Of a stretch of 64,000 bases of DNA, positions 11,849 to 24,509 are shown in pieces. Position 1 is the first letter of the stretch. The number at the start of each line of letters is the position of its first letter. The stretch covers positions 1 to 64,000 of the forward strand of contig NIVC01003166.1 in NCBI GenBank assembly GCA_002269645.1. The letters run 5' to 3'. The notes under the pieces were generated by a model. It ran no database searches. It saw only the letters and a program-made list of their open reading frames with translations, and was not told where the DNA came from. Position numbers and translations under genes: made by a program. The stretch comes from Macrostomum lignano. Its lineage: Eukaryota.

Positions 11849-13354
11849 TCAGGTGCCCGAATCGCAGGCGGCTGAGGCCGACTCCAGCAGGACGGACACG
11901 AAGCCCTGGTCGCCGGCCCAGGTGCCGCCGAAGACGCAGCCACCACTACAGAAGGAACCACCGCCGCCGCCACTGTGGCCGTAGCTCACCCCGGCTCCGC
12001 CACCGCTGAAGCCGCCACCGGCTCCAGGGGTGCCTCTCAGTGAGCCGGTCCTGCTGCCGCCTCCACCACCTCCTCCGAAGCCTCCGTCGCAGACGCTGCC
12101 GTTTCCGGCGCTGCCGCCGACCCAGCCATCGGCCAGACTGCCGCCTCTCTCTCCGTCCGAGGAGCTCCGCCTGGGGCTGACGGCCCTGCCGAGCCAGCCG
12201 GAGCCGCAGCCGCCGTGGGTACTACTGGAGACGGTGTTAGCGGGGTTGTTGGAGCCCGGCTGACCGTTGGTGCCGCCGAATCCCTTGTAAGCGTTGTAGT
12301 CACCCAGGCTGTCGGAACCATTGATCCCAGTTCCTCCCGGTTTTCCTACGGTGGAATCAATCAAAAAGCTTATTAAAATGACTTTTTTCGTTTTGAAGAT
12401 TAAGCAACAGCAGGTATTATTTTTACTTACCATTTTTATTCAGGGAAGCTCCGCCGCCTCCGCCGGCAGCCAGCAGCAGCAGCTGGTCGACCGTCCGGTA
12501 CACGAAGCTGCCGCCGCCTCCGCCGCCTCCTTCGATATCCAACGACGTCGAGCCGCCCATCTGGCCCACAACGATGCTCAGCTGGGTGCCGGCTGTCAGG
12601 TTGACTCTGGCGCTCACCTGGGCTCCCTGTCCTCCGAATCTGCTTCTCGGTAAGTTTCCACCACCTCTGGCACCGGCAGCTTTGATCAGGTAGCAGCCGG
12701 TCGTGTTGATGAAGACGCTTTGGATTGAGCCGTTTCTGCCTGTGCTGCTGTCTGCAATGGAGCAGCGTCAGCGAGTTACAAAGCTGGAGTGAGTGAAATT
12801 TCTGTCAGTGCCAAAATCATGTAACCACCCACAACTAAGACTAGGCATTGATGACTCACTCCGAAGCTGCACTGCAGGCGAAGGCCAGTCGCTGTCGTCC
12901 GCCTTCCACACCTTCGTACCGACCTGAGATCTGATGACTTGCTGCACCTGATTTGCCGAGATTGACAGCTTGGCGGTTGTTATGGTGACCATCTCGCACG
13001 AGGCATTGCTCTCCACCGAGACGGCAGCGCTGCAGCTCACCCTCTGGCACTTTGCTAGACAGTCGGTTACATCAGTGGCTTTGTTTGTTGTTCTGACGTT
13101 GTTGTAGACGTTGAGAACGGCTACCAGCATCTGAATCTGCTGCTCTGAGCACACAGAATAGGTCCGCAAACTGGTGCCTTGTACTCGAAGCACGAGAGAG
13201 CAGCAAACTGTGTTGAGGTAATGAAGTCAGTATAAAACAGAATACTATCAAGGGCATTCCTTAAGCTAGGTGCTCTTAATTCGTAGTCGAAGCAAGAGTT
13301 TAATCACTTACCGAATAGAAAACCGAATTTTATTGACAAAAATTGCTCAGCCAT
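11849..13354 (-). CDS. Secreted PAN/Apple-like + ALK/LTK-type glycine-rich domain protein (4 exons)
   Basis: Phase-consistent exons 13354-13312, 13207-12860, 12751-12431, 12345-11849. Signal peptide MAEQFLSIKFGFLFVCCSLVLRVQG; CLAKCQRVSC...SC; GCYLIKAAGARGG, LSIVVGQMG, GGGGGGSFV, LLAAGGGGG, GGGFSGG, GGGGGSF, GFVSV. No TM or kinase segment before the stop. Confidence 0.85.
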
Positions 13355-16300
13355 GCCCCTGCAGCGATAGCAAGATTAGTTTAGCTTCCAGTTTCTTTGA
13401 ACTCTAATTGAACGATGATAGATTTCGGAAATGTTTCAGAAGTCTTTTGGCAACTGCAAACTATATATTCACTATGTGTGTATGTACCAATAATGCTTTA
13501 ATTTGGTGACCTGTTTTTGAGCTGATTGCGATTTGCGATTTCATTGGGACAGAAGCAAATGCATGGGACGAAAGTCTATGGAAAGGCAGGGGATTTCAGC
13601 CAATCCTAGAGAGTATTCTTCATGGCCTTCATGCGCTCGATGAGTCTGGATTACACTGCTCTGAATAAGTTAGTTTGTTCTGGATCTTTCAAGGAGTAAA
13701 GACATTTCTGCCTCTTTTATTTGTATATATTATAGGTATATATATACATGCATGTACGCATATGCGCATACGAGCTATGCATGTACGAGCGTATTTAAAA
13801 TAATTCTACTTTGACCGTCGCAAAAATTCTTTTAAATTTCAAAGGGTGTTCTACACATCAACTTAGTTTAATATTAGCTGTCTTAGTCCCCTATTGATTG
13901 ATGACACTGAGTTTTAGCATCCTAACAACTCCCCAGTGATTATCGGCATCTCAGTGACTGCCCCGTGAGCACTGGCATCTCCCCAACCCTAATTGTAGCT
14001 CTCCCCTAAAGACATGACTGTCATTTTTTGGAATCCTGTCACAATTACGAGGTAGTTAAGACTTTCAGGTTAAACGATAAAATTCAGTTTTGGTAACAGC
14101 CGAATGATTGTTTAAGCATTTCGCTTTGAAACGCATTGTTCCGGATTTGTACTGAGTGAACTAGCTCGTAAGAGATCACATGCTCAGCTTTATAGAAATT
14201 CTGGTCAAAAGTTTTCTCTTTTTATAACTTTCTCGTATAGCATATTTAGGGAGAGCCCGTGGAGGCAACCGTACAGCGTGACATAGTTGTCCTCCTCCAA
14301 GACCTGAACGCGGTTCTGAGTAGGTGCTATTCGTGATGCCACGTCTTGACAAATGCCAATCTTGACAAGCTGTAGGCTGATTCTATTAAAAATATACGTT
14401 GACGACAGGTAACGTTGACACATATGAGAAATGCAGACACGTTCATAACGAAAAGTCACCTGATCGCTAGTCAACGACTACAGCTAAACAAGGCTATCGA
14501 TGAAACAACAGTTGCTTGGAATGCCTGAATTTCGTCTTCAAACGATGGCTTCCTTCAATTCTTTGTCAAATTTGTCAAAAGTTGGCCTGGATTCCGGTAA
14601 AGTCTCCAACTTCTTCTCACTTGCAACTCTTTTTCGTATTGATTTTTTGCGCAACAATTTTAACAAAAGAGATGGTGGCTTTGTAGACTACGGAAGCACG
14701 TTAGTAGGTTTGCAAGTTTGCTTCTAATTGCGTATAACTCACTACTATACCAATGCAGTCGATCTCAGGAAAGTTGTTTCCGTATCTGGGGCAATTTTTC
14801 TAACAATAGCTCCTCCGTCGATTCTTTGTCTTGCATTTTTCCTGGGCTAGCTAATCCAGTTTTGAATTTTACCAAAGCTGAGAAATATTTCTTCTTTTTT
14901 ACGATGAACTGTTTCGTGGGTTGGTTGAAACCCTTTTGTGCAAGTGCTGAGCTATTTCATTTGCTCGTAGAGGGCACACCACAGACAGAGACTCTAGTGA
15001 AAATATGTAAAGGCAGATTGTTACAGGATGGCTGTTGAAGATCGTTTAGCTGAGTTCAAGTCTCAAAGTAATCTGTTAGCTAGCAAGATCTATGGCAGGG
15101 GTGTAGTAATATTTGATATATTGCGATACGGCAAATAGTTTAGGCCCTAGACAAACCTATTGGAGCGATCAAAGATTTTAAAACTACAGTATAGCTTTTT
15201 GCAGTTCATTTGGGCTTACGCGTATTGAATTTAATCCAAGATACGTTTTGCCAATGCAATGGAGCTTTTGTCTATGATAGCAAAGCTGGCACAGCGGCAT
15301 TTAATTTGGTCCAAAAATCGAGGTCGCGTACTGTGTCAAACCGACAGTTCCTATATAGACCGCGCTTGCCGGCGACAGACTCTGAACAAGGTTGTCGCGA
15401 ATGTTACGCTGGCAAGGCTATTGCGGTTGGGCAACGGAAACATGATAAGGGCCGGGGGCTCGACTTGATAAAAGCGCCCCAAAGCGCGGCAGATGGCACA
15501 ACGGCCGGGAGATGAGAACGAAACCAGAGGAGCCAGAAGAAAAAGCGAGATCCGACCGCCAAAACATACTTTCATATATAGTCAATCCAGCCCCCCCTCA
15601 AGCCTGGTGGTGGATGTCTGGCTGGCCGCTGGTAATCCAAATTGCACTGAACCCGCGGCGCTCTCTCAGGCCGGGTAGAACTGATTTGCCGCATGACAGG
15701 GGTCCAGGTCGGTCGTGATTGGCTGGCCGCACAAAGCCCGGGTACACTGCAAAATTTTCGACCCTCCGCTGAGTCACACTGGTTTGGAAATACGTCTAGT
15801 TGTTTTGACCTGTTTACAATAATAAACTCTAACTAAAAGCACTTTGAAAACACATGACTAAAATAGAGCAAAATAATTATTAGTAATTCGAAAACAACTA
15901 GCTAACATAAATTCATACAAGATGCTCACACTACATTATTTACACAAGATGCTCACACTACAGGGGCAGGGCATATTTTTATCTCAATAGAAGTCGCATC
16001 CGACTCCCTATCAAGACAAGTGTGGTGTGGTACATGGCTGACTATGCTAGAGCATTGTTCGTGTGTGTGCTCAAAGGTCAGCAGAATGAGCACGACTGCC
16101 TGCCTCCTCATCGATTGTCGGTCAGGACTATCGACTTTATTCACAGCAGTGCCCTAAATCCCCAAAAAACTATCTGAAGATCAATGGCGTGAATGTTTGG
16201 ATTTATTGCAATTCTTTAAAGCCGATAATTTCATCGGTATCTGACGACTTGAAGCACCTGCCGATGACATATCAGGGTGAGTGTATTTTAATCAAGATCC

Positions 16301-17717
16301 TTCTGAAACTACTACGTCATTTTCAAATACGAATATTACTAAATTATTTAATTATCTTTAAGAAGAAGTCTACTTGGCAGCAGATTCCAAGACGGCGAAG
16401 CATATCTGCTGCATTAAAAAATTGACGTCTTAACGTCCAGCTAGGTAGGTGCAAATTAAGAACTTTTTCAACTGAGTGCAGTGCTTGACTTGGTGTGTGT
16501 TTCAAGCGATAAAGCAGTCGATCGACTCAATTGAGAGGCTGGCAGGGGAAACCATCTCACTATGTCATCATCTTCGGTGGCTCGAACTGTCGGTTTCAAC
16601 TCTTTTTGGGTGGGCTAATGTGTTTTTTAACTGACTTGATCAGCTCCCGATTTTCAAGTACAACTGTCTACTAACAAATTCATTATTCCTATAATAACCT
16701 TGAATTGCATGATGGCTGACACTTCCAAGAGAAGTTTTGCAAACCATGATGAGTCAAACAAGCCGTGTTGCACTGGTTCTTTCTGTAGTTCTGTCAACTG
16801 ATCGACTATAAGGCTATGCGGAGCCCCAGTAGCTTTCACTGGTAATTGGTAATTGTGAGCACGTGTTTCAACTTTGTGTGACATCATTTTTAATCTTGTT
16901 CAGAAGTTTTGCAGAATTAAATTTCTCCTAGCTCCTAAAAAATTGACCAATAAGATTGTTTTGGTACATTTAACCCCTAGCTGTAATATCTTCATGTCTG
17001 AAGGACTCCAGAGACGTGTACTCACATTACCAAAATAGAGTGGCATTGTCGTAAGTTCTGACAAAACTGCTTTTAAGTGGGGCGAGTGGAGCTTTGAAGC
17101 GACCAGGCGTTAGGATAGTTCTTATAAATTTGTTCGCATTGACGTCACAAAAATTCTATTTACCAGCAGTATGCGAGACGATTAAATATCTCTTATGTGC
17201 ATGAAAATTAGCAAGAAAATCAGACTTAGAGCATTTTTAGAGTCCTTCTCAGTCTGCAGTTTTGTTGACTTTCTAAATGCCTAATTCATCTCCGATCAAA
17301 TATATGCAACACACGAAGGGGTCGCCTTCCCCTCCTCATCGCAGCTTTGTACTCGCAGCCACCCCACCGACCTTTGCCTTCCTGTCTCTGCTTTTGGGGT
17401 TGCGCGTTAATATAAAAATTAGCAATGGTTTGGGGCAATGTGTGGCTAAATGCAGCTTCAATGAGAAAAACAAAGGCAAAGTGAAACGACACAGCTGTGT
17501 AAATATTCTGCCTGCAATAGTGAAAACGAAGCTTCAATTCCGTATATGATCGGAAACACATCCTCAAGTGAATATTCCAGCGTTTCAGTTTGGCTAGGGC
17601 AAACACTCGAGTGGCTTTTACCAGCAGGCATCCTCTTGACAATTCTAAAAACTGTATTTATAGGCTTCCGTATCGTCTGGTAGATGGTTCGATGGCAAAA
17701 CATTCAGCTAAACAAGG

Positions 17718-18670
17718 ATGCTGACGAACGCCTTGGAAACCTACGCAACTCAGGCCACAACTCACAGCCTTGCGCGACTTGCTGGAAGCAGGCCGGGTTA
17801 TGTAAAAGCTCTCTGGTTGATTGTTTTCCTGACATCACTGACCCTCTGCTCCGTGCGAATCTACGAAACTTATCGAAGCTTCTCGTCTGGCGATTTGAAA
17901 ACTATTGTTCGAGCAAACCAGCTGCTGTTTGAATTTCCCGATATTTACTTGTGCCATCAGAATTCTATTTCAGGCAGCTACTCTGTGACTCTCAATGCTG
18001 CGGACAGTGTCCTGCTCAGCTATTTTCGCCGGCTTGCAAACGACAGCATCTCTGCGCTCAGAATGAGTGGAGACAGAATGCTGGCAGAAAACTACGCCAT
18101 CCGACTGGTGAACACGCTGCCGTATCAGTTTCTGTCGGACAAAATGGGACGCAGAGTCAACCAAATCGTTCCCATCTTTAACTTCAATGGAAAATATCGA
18201 GAAATAGTTCGCATTTTCAGGCATCCATCGTTTCTCAACTGCTTCGCTTTGAATTTAACAGACTCGGACATTCGAATCTTGCAGAGCCCGACCAGCAATA
18301 TTCAACTTGGCGTTTTCCTTGACCCACAGCTGCCAGTTCCATTTGACAACTCCACTGAGCAGGATGTTCAACAGTTTGCTGGAGTTGAGTTCAATCTAAA
18401 GCCGATGCAATGGAGCATAAACTTTGGGTCAGACATGGTAGGCCTAAGCGGATTGCAGCTTTTCATCACGCCAAGAGGCCAGTATCCCAGTGAACTGGAC
18501 GCGACTCTGTCCATAGGATCATCGCAGTACCATCGGCTTTCGATCACGATGTATGACACAGTTTATGACCAAGACCTCAGTCCGAGCAGATGCGCAAAAA
18601 ACGATGAGCTAGTTGATATTGTTGATCCCTACACTTTGAGCAAGAATACTTTCAAGTTTAGCAGCGCTTA
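17718..18670 (+). pseudogene. DEG/ENaC family channel, 5' half (interrupted by Helitron)
   Basis: TTHSLARL, TM1 LWLIVFLTSL, FEFPDIYLCHQN, HPSFLNCFALN, GLQLFITPRGQYP; the frame breaks exactly at the element's CTAG end. Confidence 0.88.
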
Positions 18671-18893
18671 CTAGCAATCTACGCCCCCCGTTGGGGAGCC
18701 AAAGAAATGCAATACACGTTTTTTTAATAAGCTACATGTATCCTTGAAATCTTAAAAAATCTCCTGTCAAACCTTGTAAGCCTTGACATGTCAGTTATCC
18801 CCCCCACAAGCTTTAACATATCAACTTCCCCCCTTGACATCTCAGCAATGCCCCCAATAAGCCTTGGAAATCTAAAAATATCTGTCAACCTTC

Positions 18894-18966
18894 TAACCCT
18901 AACCCTAGCCTAACCCTAACCCTAACCCTAACCCTAACCCTAACCCTAACCCTAACCTAACCCTAA
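18894..18966. repeat. (TAACCC)n telomere-type microsatellite inside the Helitron 3' region
   Basis: About 12 imperfect TAACCC units read directly. Confidence 0.9.
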
Positions 18967-19862
18967 AGCATTGAAATTTCAGTAATTCTCTCTAAGAGTC
19001 ATTATAGCACTACTACAGCATTATAGCGATTCCTTGCAGGCCTCAACATCGTAGGGATTCCCAAATGAATCTCTTAACTTCGACATGAAGCTTCTTTTAT
19101 TTTTTACATTACGCTTTTTTATCAGCGATCCCTCCCCTGAGGAGGCATCAAATAATGTAATAAAAAGTTTTCAATAAACTACATGTAGCTTCTGACTTTA
19201 GCCTTGAAATCTCATTTATACCCCCGTGAGCCTTGACATCTCAGCTATTCCCCCGTAAGCCTTGACATGTCAGCAATGGCCCCCATAAACCTTGAAATCT
19301 AAAAAATCCCCTGTTAACCTTGAAACCCGATAAAATATAACCCTCAACCCACACCTGACCTAAACCTTACTTTAACCCAACCTAAAGCCTTGAAATCTCA
19401 GCAATTCTTCTCCCCTAAGCCTTGACATTTTAGTGATTCTTTCTTTAAGAATCACAGCACTATAACGATTTCCACCAAGCTTTGACATCGTAGCAATTCC
19501 CAAATGAATCTTTTAACTTCGACATGACTTTTCTTTTATGTATACATAGTGCTACTTTTATTTTTTACATGACTTTTCTTCTATCAGCGCCCCCCGTGAC
19601 GAGCCAACAAAGAATGCAATAAAAAATGGAGTAAAGTACATGAACTTTGAAGTAGCTTCTGACTTTTGCTTTGACATCTCAGAAACCCCCCCCCCGTAAT
19701 CTCAGTTATTCTCTGAGAGCCTTTACGTCTCAGTTTTTCTCCCCAGCACAGCATTATAGTTGCATTTAATTTTTACATGAACCCTTCATGTCTGACATGA
19801 CGTTTCTTTTATTCTACCGTGACGCTTCTTAATTTTTTAAATGACACTTTCATTAGTTTTAA

Positions 19863-20120
19863 ATGAGGCTTCTATGATTTTTTCTTGACGCTTCTATGAT
19901 TTTTACATGATGCTTCTATGATTGTTTACATGACGCTTCTATGATTTTTATATGACGCTTCTACGATTTTTTACATGACGCTTCTATGATTGTTTACATG
20001 ACGCTTCTATGATTGTTTACATGACGCTTCTATGATTTTTTAAATGATGCTTCTATGATTTTGTAAATGACGCTTCTATGATTTTTTAAATGATGCTTCT
20101 ATGATTTTGTAAATGACGCT
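19863..20120. repeat. 23-bp minisatellite (ATGACGCTTCTATGATTGTTTAC) at the point where the Helitron coding sequence is truncated
   Basis: About 11 tandem copies read directly. Confidence 0.9.
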
Positions 20121-23100
20121 TTACGCTGGGACACAGCACTCCGTCCACAGTGTGCAGCGCCTCGAAGCTGGTTGGCCCTCTAACCTGCAGGAGGAGCATT
20201 CGCATATAAAACAGATCCCCTGCTCTCGGACTCACCGTGTACATTCGGGCAATGTTCGTGTTGTGCACAACACCAGGGTGGCCCTCAACTCTCGAACCCT
20301 TCTTGGCGCGGCGCCACTCCCTCTCGCTGTGGTGCCACACGAAGTAGGACGGCACCTCGGTGTACACCAGGCCTCTAGCGAATTCATCAGTGCGGCACAG
20401 CTTGAAGAAAGCCGTCAGCGTCGAATCTCTGGGCGCCCTGGCCTTTGTGCTCGCATTTTGCTCGTTGAAATACACGAGCTGCTCGTTAGACTTGTGCACG
20501 CACAATCGGATCACAGCCGGAAATCTGTTGTGCACCTGTTGTGTTTTAGTTTAAAAACCATATCATTATTTTCCCATTCTTTGCTCCTAGCACTGCCTTG
20601 CAAACATCTATGACTTACTTCAAAGCCCAAGATGGTATTCACGGCTTCCATTGGGCCTATGTAGCGCGCCAGCAGATACTCCTTGATCTCATTTCGCCCC
20701 TCCTTCTTGGCTTGAGTCGGAGCCTTGCTAGCTGAACCTTCCTGTCGTTCGCCATCCGCAGCCTGCTCTCCTGGCCCGCTCGGCTTCTTGTTTGCCTCGA
20801 ACTTGAACGACGCCATGTCGCCGCCTTTTAGCAAGTACTTGATCACGTACTTGACCGACTTGACGGTGGCACAAACTTCAAAGTTCATGTGGCATTCGAA
20901 AAGGAGCAGCAGGCCCGGGTTGTATGGTACAACCGACCTGTATTTGTGCCAGGAAAAGAATTGCTAATTAATGATTTATGTATTCTAGCAATGGTAAATT
21001 AAACTTACAGTAAATAAACAATTTAGCAATATAAATAAACTAAACACAAGGCTAAACTAAGTACTTTGCTTTCGTATTAAAGAATCAACCTTTCAATCAA
21101 GTCTGAAAAAACACCAACACCTCCTCACTCACCTGTTGTCCATGCGAATGCTGCGGCCTTTGAATAGTTTGTCCACCGTAAATCCGCCCATCTCAGGGGA
21201 CAGCCTGCGATACAATGGGTAGCCAGTATCGCTGGTTAGGGTCGCCTGCTGGAACTCCTTCGGGAAGCCCTTGCTGCACTGGCCGTCCACCATGCACGGG
21301 CAGGCTGGATTTACCACGCCGCAGGGGCCATGGATCATGTGAGTCTTCACCAGCTCGTGCAGCCTCGGCTGCTGCTGTGGGTCCGGGATCTCAGCGGACA
21401 CGATTTTGTCGTAGCGGTCCGGAGTCACTCTCTGTCCACTGACCAGCCAGAGCAGAAAGTGCACATGGGGGAGACCTGTGGAAGACATAAACAAGTGATT
21501 CAAAGCGACGTATGAGTGATCACAATTTAGTCATGTAAATTAATTAAAATTCTAAACCAGCGTTTGCATCGTAGAGAAAGCGGAGTTTGAATCATGGAGA
21601 AACTGGAGTTTGAATCATGGCTAAACCAGAGCTTAATTCCGGTTTGCAATGACCCCTTGCATAAAAATATGGATTGCTAAACCTGGAATGCAATTACAGA
21701 ATGAAAATTGAAAGCGCAATTTGCTAACTTACCGCGCTTCTGATATTCCAGAGAGCAAACATGCGCGGCCTCCTTTCCAAAGCGCTTCCTCAGCTCGGCA
21801 AGCAGAGCCTTCTTCTTCAGCTCGAAAACACGCGTGACAATATCCGGCCGGTCCTCAGGTCGCTGTCCAGGCAGCAGCTGTGCACTGATTTCCGGCCACT
21901 TAGGGTTGCACGTCGCCGTGACAAACAGGTCCGGCTTGCCAAACTTTTGTACATAGGTCATGGCGTCTTGCAGCCTCTCCATCAGGTACCTTGGCCCGCC
22001 AACGAAGCTGGAGGACAGGAACACGTGCGCAGGCTTGCCAATATCAGTCGGATTTGTGTCGGTCGACCTGCCATCAGCAGCGAATAGAGCGTCTCGCAGA
22101 CCGCTGTACGTCTCACTGCGCAGATCGCTCTGATGGGTCCGCAGATAGAGCAGCCTCTCTGACTCAATCTTGGCGCACATGTCCACCAGGTACTGCTGGA
22201 ACAGCCGCCGTCCGTGGTGCAGCAGGCTGCTATGGCCCGCTCGCACCATGATTTCGCTGGCATAGTACTTCATCGGCGTCAGCTTGCGGCCATTGCTCAT
22301 GCGCAGCTCCGGGTGCCAGCCGTCCTCGCCATGGGGGAACAGCAACACGTACTCCAGTGCATCATACGATCGGTGCGTTTTGCTAATCCTCTTGTAGCCG
22401 CCACCCCGCAGTTGAATGACAACATCTCGGCTAGTTGCTGGCTCATCACCGTCTTCAGGGGCCTCAGTGTCCTCAGTGTCCTTAACAATGAGGATGCCGA
22501 CCTCGTTTGCCGTGGGCAAATTGTAGCGCCTGATTTTGAACGGTAGTAACAAATGCTTTTAACAAAACTCTTTACAACGGTAAACATTCCTGTGTACACA
22601 GGCACAAAGCTTTAAAAGACAGGTTTTAAAATGTGTTCGAATCCCTTTTCAGTTATTGTTAGCTCACCGAATGTGTTCCCCAGAAGGTCTTCGGTCCGGG
22701 TGAATCACGATTCGCGCATCCACAAGCTCCGGATCCTCCATGATCCGCTGTGCTGCAGCCTTCAGGCTCCGAACGTAAAGGTTGCACTCGTGAAGCAACG
22801 TCTGTAGCAGCTCATGTAGCTCTGGCTTCACCCTATCGCTCAGACTCTGCTGGCTTTCGAGTTCGCGGTCAGTGAAGTACACCTGCCAGCCGCGAGGAAC
22901 AGCAGACGCTTCAGCAAACAGCGGCATAGCAGTGTGGTGCAGCTGACCGCTGATGATGTAGCTGGGATTCCAGCCTGGCACCAACCGCGGCTTGGCACTC
23001 AGCGAGGTCAGGTGCAGCACAGAGTTGTAGCTCCGGATGTTGGTCAGGAACTCTGAGCTCATGCCATGCCGGCCCATGTACAGGTCAGCCAGCAGCTGTG

Positions 23101-24509
23101 GCACAGTCCGGGTGGGCAGCTTCACCTTGCCGCCAGCACAGCAGAAATTGCCTGTCTCCATGCGGAACAGCTTGGCACCGCAATGGTTGCATGCCCAGTC
23201 CATTGGCCCGCAGTCATGGGCTGGAGCTTCTGGCCTCGCCATCGTCTCAGGCCTGATAATAAAAATGGAATGTATCTCTTAGTAACTGTTAAATGTAAAT
23301 GTAACTGTTCATTGTGTGTCAGTTTACCTTGCAGTAGCGGGTCCGTCTTCAGCGCGGCCCGCAGTCTCATGTTCCGCCGGCATCGCGCTGGGGCCCTTGG
23401 CCTTTTTGGCCCTCTTGGCAGGAGTTCTGCTTGCTGCCAGGCTTGGGAACTCAGCATCTGTAAAGGCTTGCAAAAGCTCTCGAAGTCTCAGTGACTCGTA
23501 ATGTTCATGGCGCAAAAGCACACGCACAATGGCATTAGGAGGGCGCAAATTAGCCCTGAAATATTGCATCACACTACCATTGGCCTGGTAAATGACCAGA
23601 TCCACATCAAAGCAGCGGCTCAACAAAGAGGCAACTTCATCTGAAACATAAATTCCTGCTTGAAAAGAGGAATTCACGATCTCATCAGCACTCTCAGGTG
23701 CAATGAGGCCATCTGCAATCAGCTGTGGCATGAGTTCTGCAACACGGCAAGACAAGTCCTGCCGCAGGGAGGCTGCGTCAGTTTCCAGCGGGGTTCCACG
23801 CAGCTGATCACACACAGCATAAAAAAAGCAATTGCCATCACCAACAATGGGGATTACCTGCAACTGCTCAAAGGGTACTATAGTTTCTGTACCTTGCTGC
23901 TGGGTGTCCGACCTAAGGGGCAATGGGTGAACGTAAGCACAGCAGCCTTAATTGGCTTTTTAAGACAATTCATTCCTCAAAAATCGTTATCCGCTTAATT
24001 TATACAGAATAAAATAGATACTACAAATTATCCCCTTCAAGGCAATTCAGAAAAAAACAAAAATAAAGACTTGTTATAAAAAGTTACTATACAACTCACC
24101 TAGAAACCACAGCTCCACGGCAACGAATCCGATCGGCTTCCAGTCGGGCAGCCCACTCTGCCTCAGTCTCAGCCTCTCTGCGCTGAGCGTCCCGCTGCCG
24201 CTGTTCTTCCAGTCGGGCAGCCCACTCTGCCTCAGTCTCAGCATCTCTGCGCTGAGCATTCCGCTGCCGCTGTTCTTCCAGTCGGGCAGCTCGCTCTGCC
24301 TCAGTCTCAGCATGTCTGCGCTGAGCATCCCGCTGCCGCTGTTCTTCCAGTCGGGCATCCCGCTCTGCCTCAGTCTCAGCATGTCTGCGCTGAGCATCCC
24401 GCTGCCGCTGTTCTTCCAGTCGGGCATCCCGCTCTGCCTCGGATTCTGCCTGTCGCCGTCGCTTGGCATCGCGGCTCTTCTTTAAACTGCTGGCGCCGCG
24501 TCGAACCAT
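20086..24509 (-). CDS. Helitron Rep protein: STPR-like repeats + OTU cysteine protease + Zn finger + HUH Rep; C-terminal helicase missing
   Basis: Phase-consistent exons 24509-24100, 23912-23328, 23252-22668, 22529-21733, 21475-21133, 20937-20619, 20535-~20113. Motifs: 23-aa AETEAERDARLEEQRQRDAQRRH repeats; GDGNCFFYAV...HEHY; CNHCGAKLF..E...CC..GKV; YNSVL; RYNLPT; LFQQYLVD; SFVGGPRY; PDLFVTATCNPKWPEI; EYQKRGLPHVH; VVPYN; KYVIKYLLKGGD. Confidence 0.92.

Noticed and set aside
13910-14030. Possible further relic of the Helitron subterminal repeat (GCATCTCAGTGACTGCCCCGTGAGC)
   Set aside because: The similarity is short and degenerate, and no termini were found.
14205-15720. Cluster of short ORFs on both strands, possibly a decayed TE coding region
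   Set aside because: Manual translation showed multiple stops and no RT, integrase or transposase motif; it needs a translated search.
18894-18966. True telomere or chromosome-fusion site
   Set aside because: Only ~70 bp, imperfect, and embedded in the Helitron tail, where a degenerate paralogue occurs near 19340-19385.
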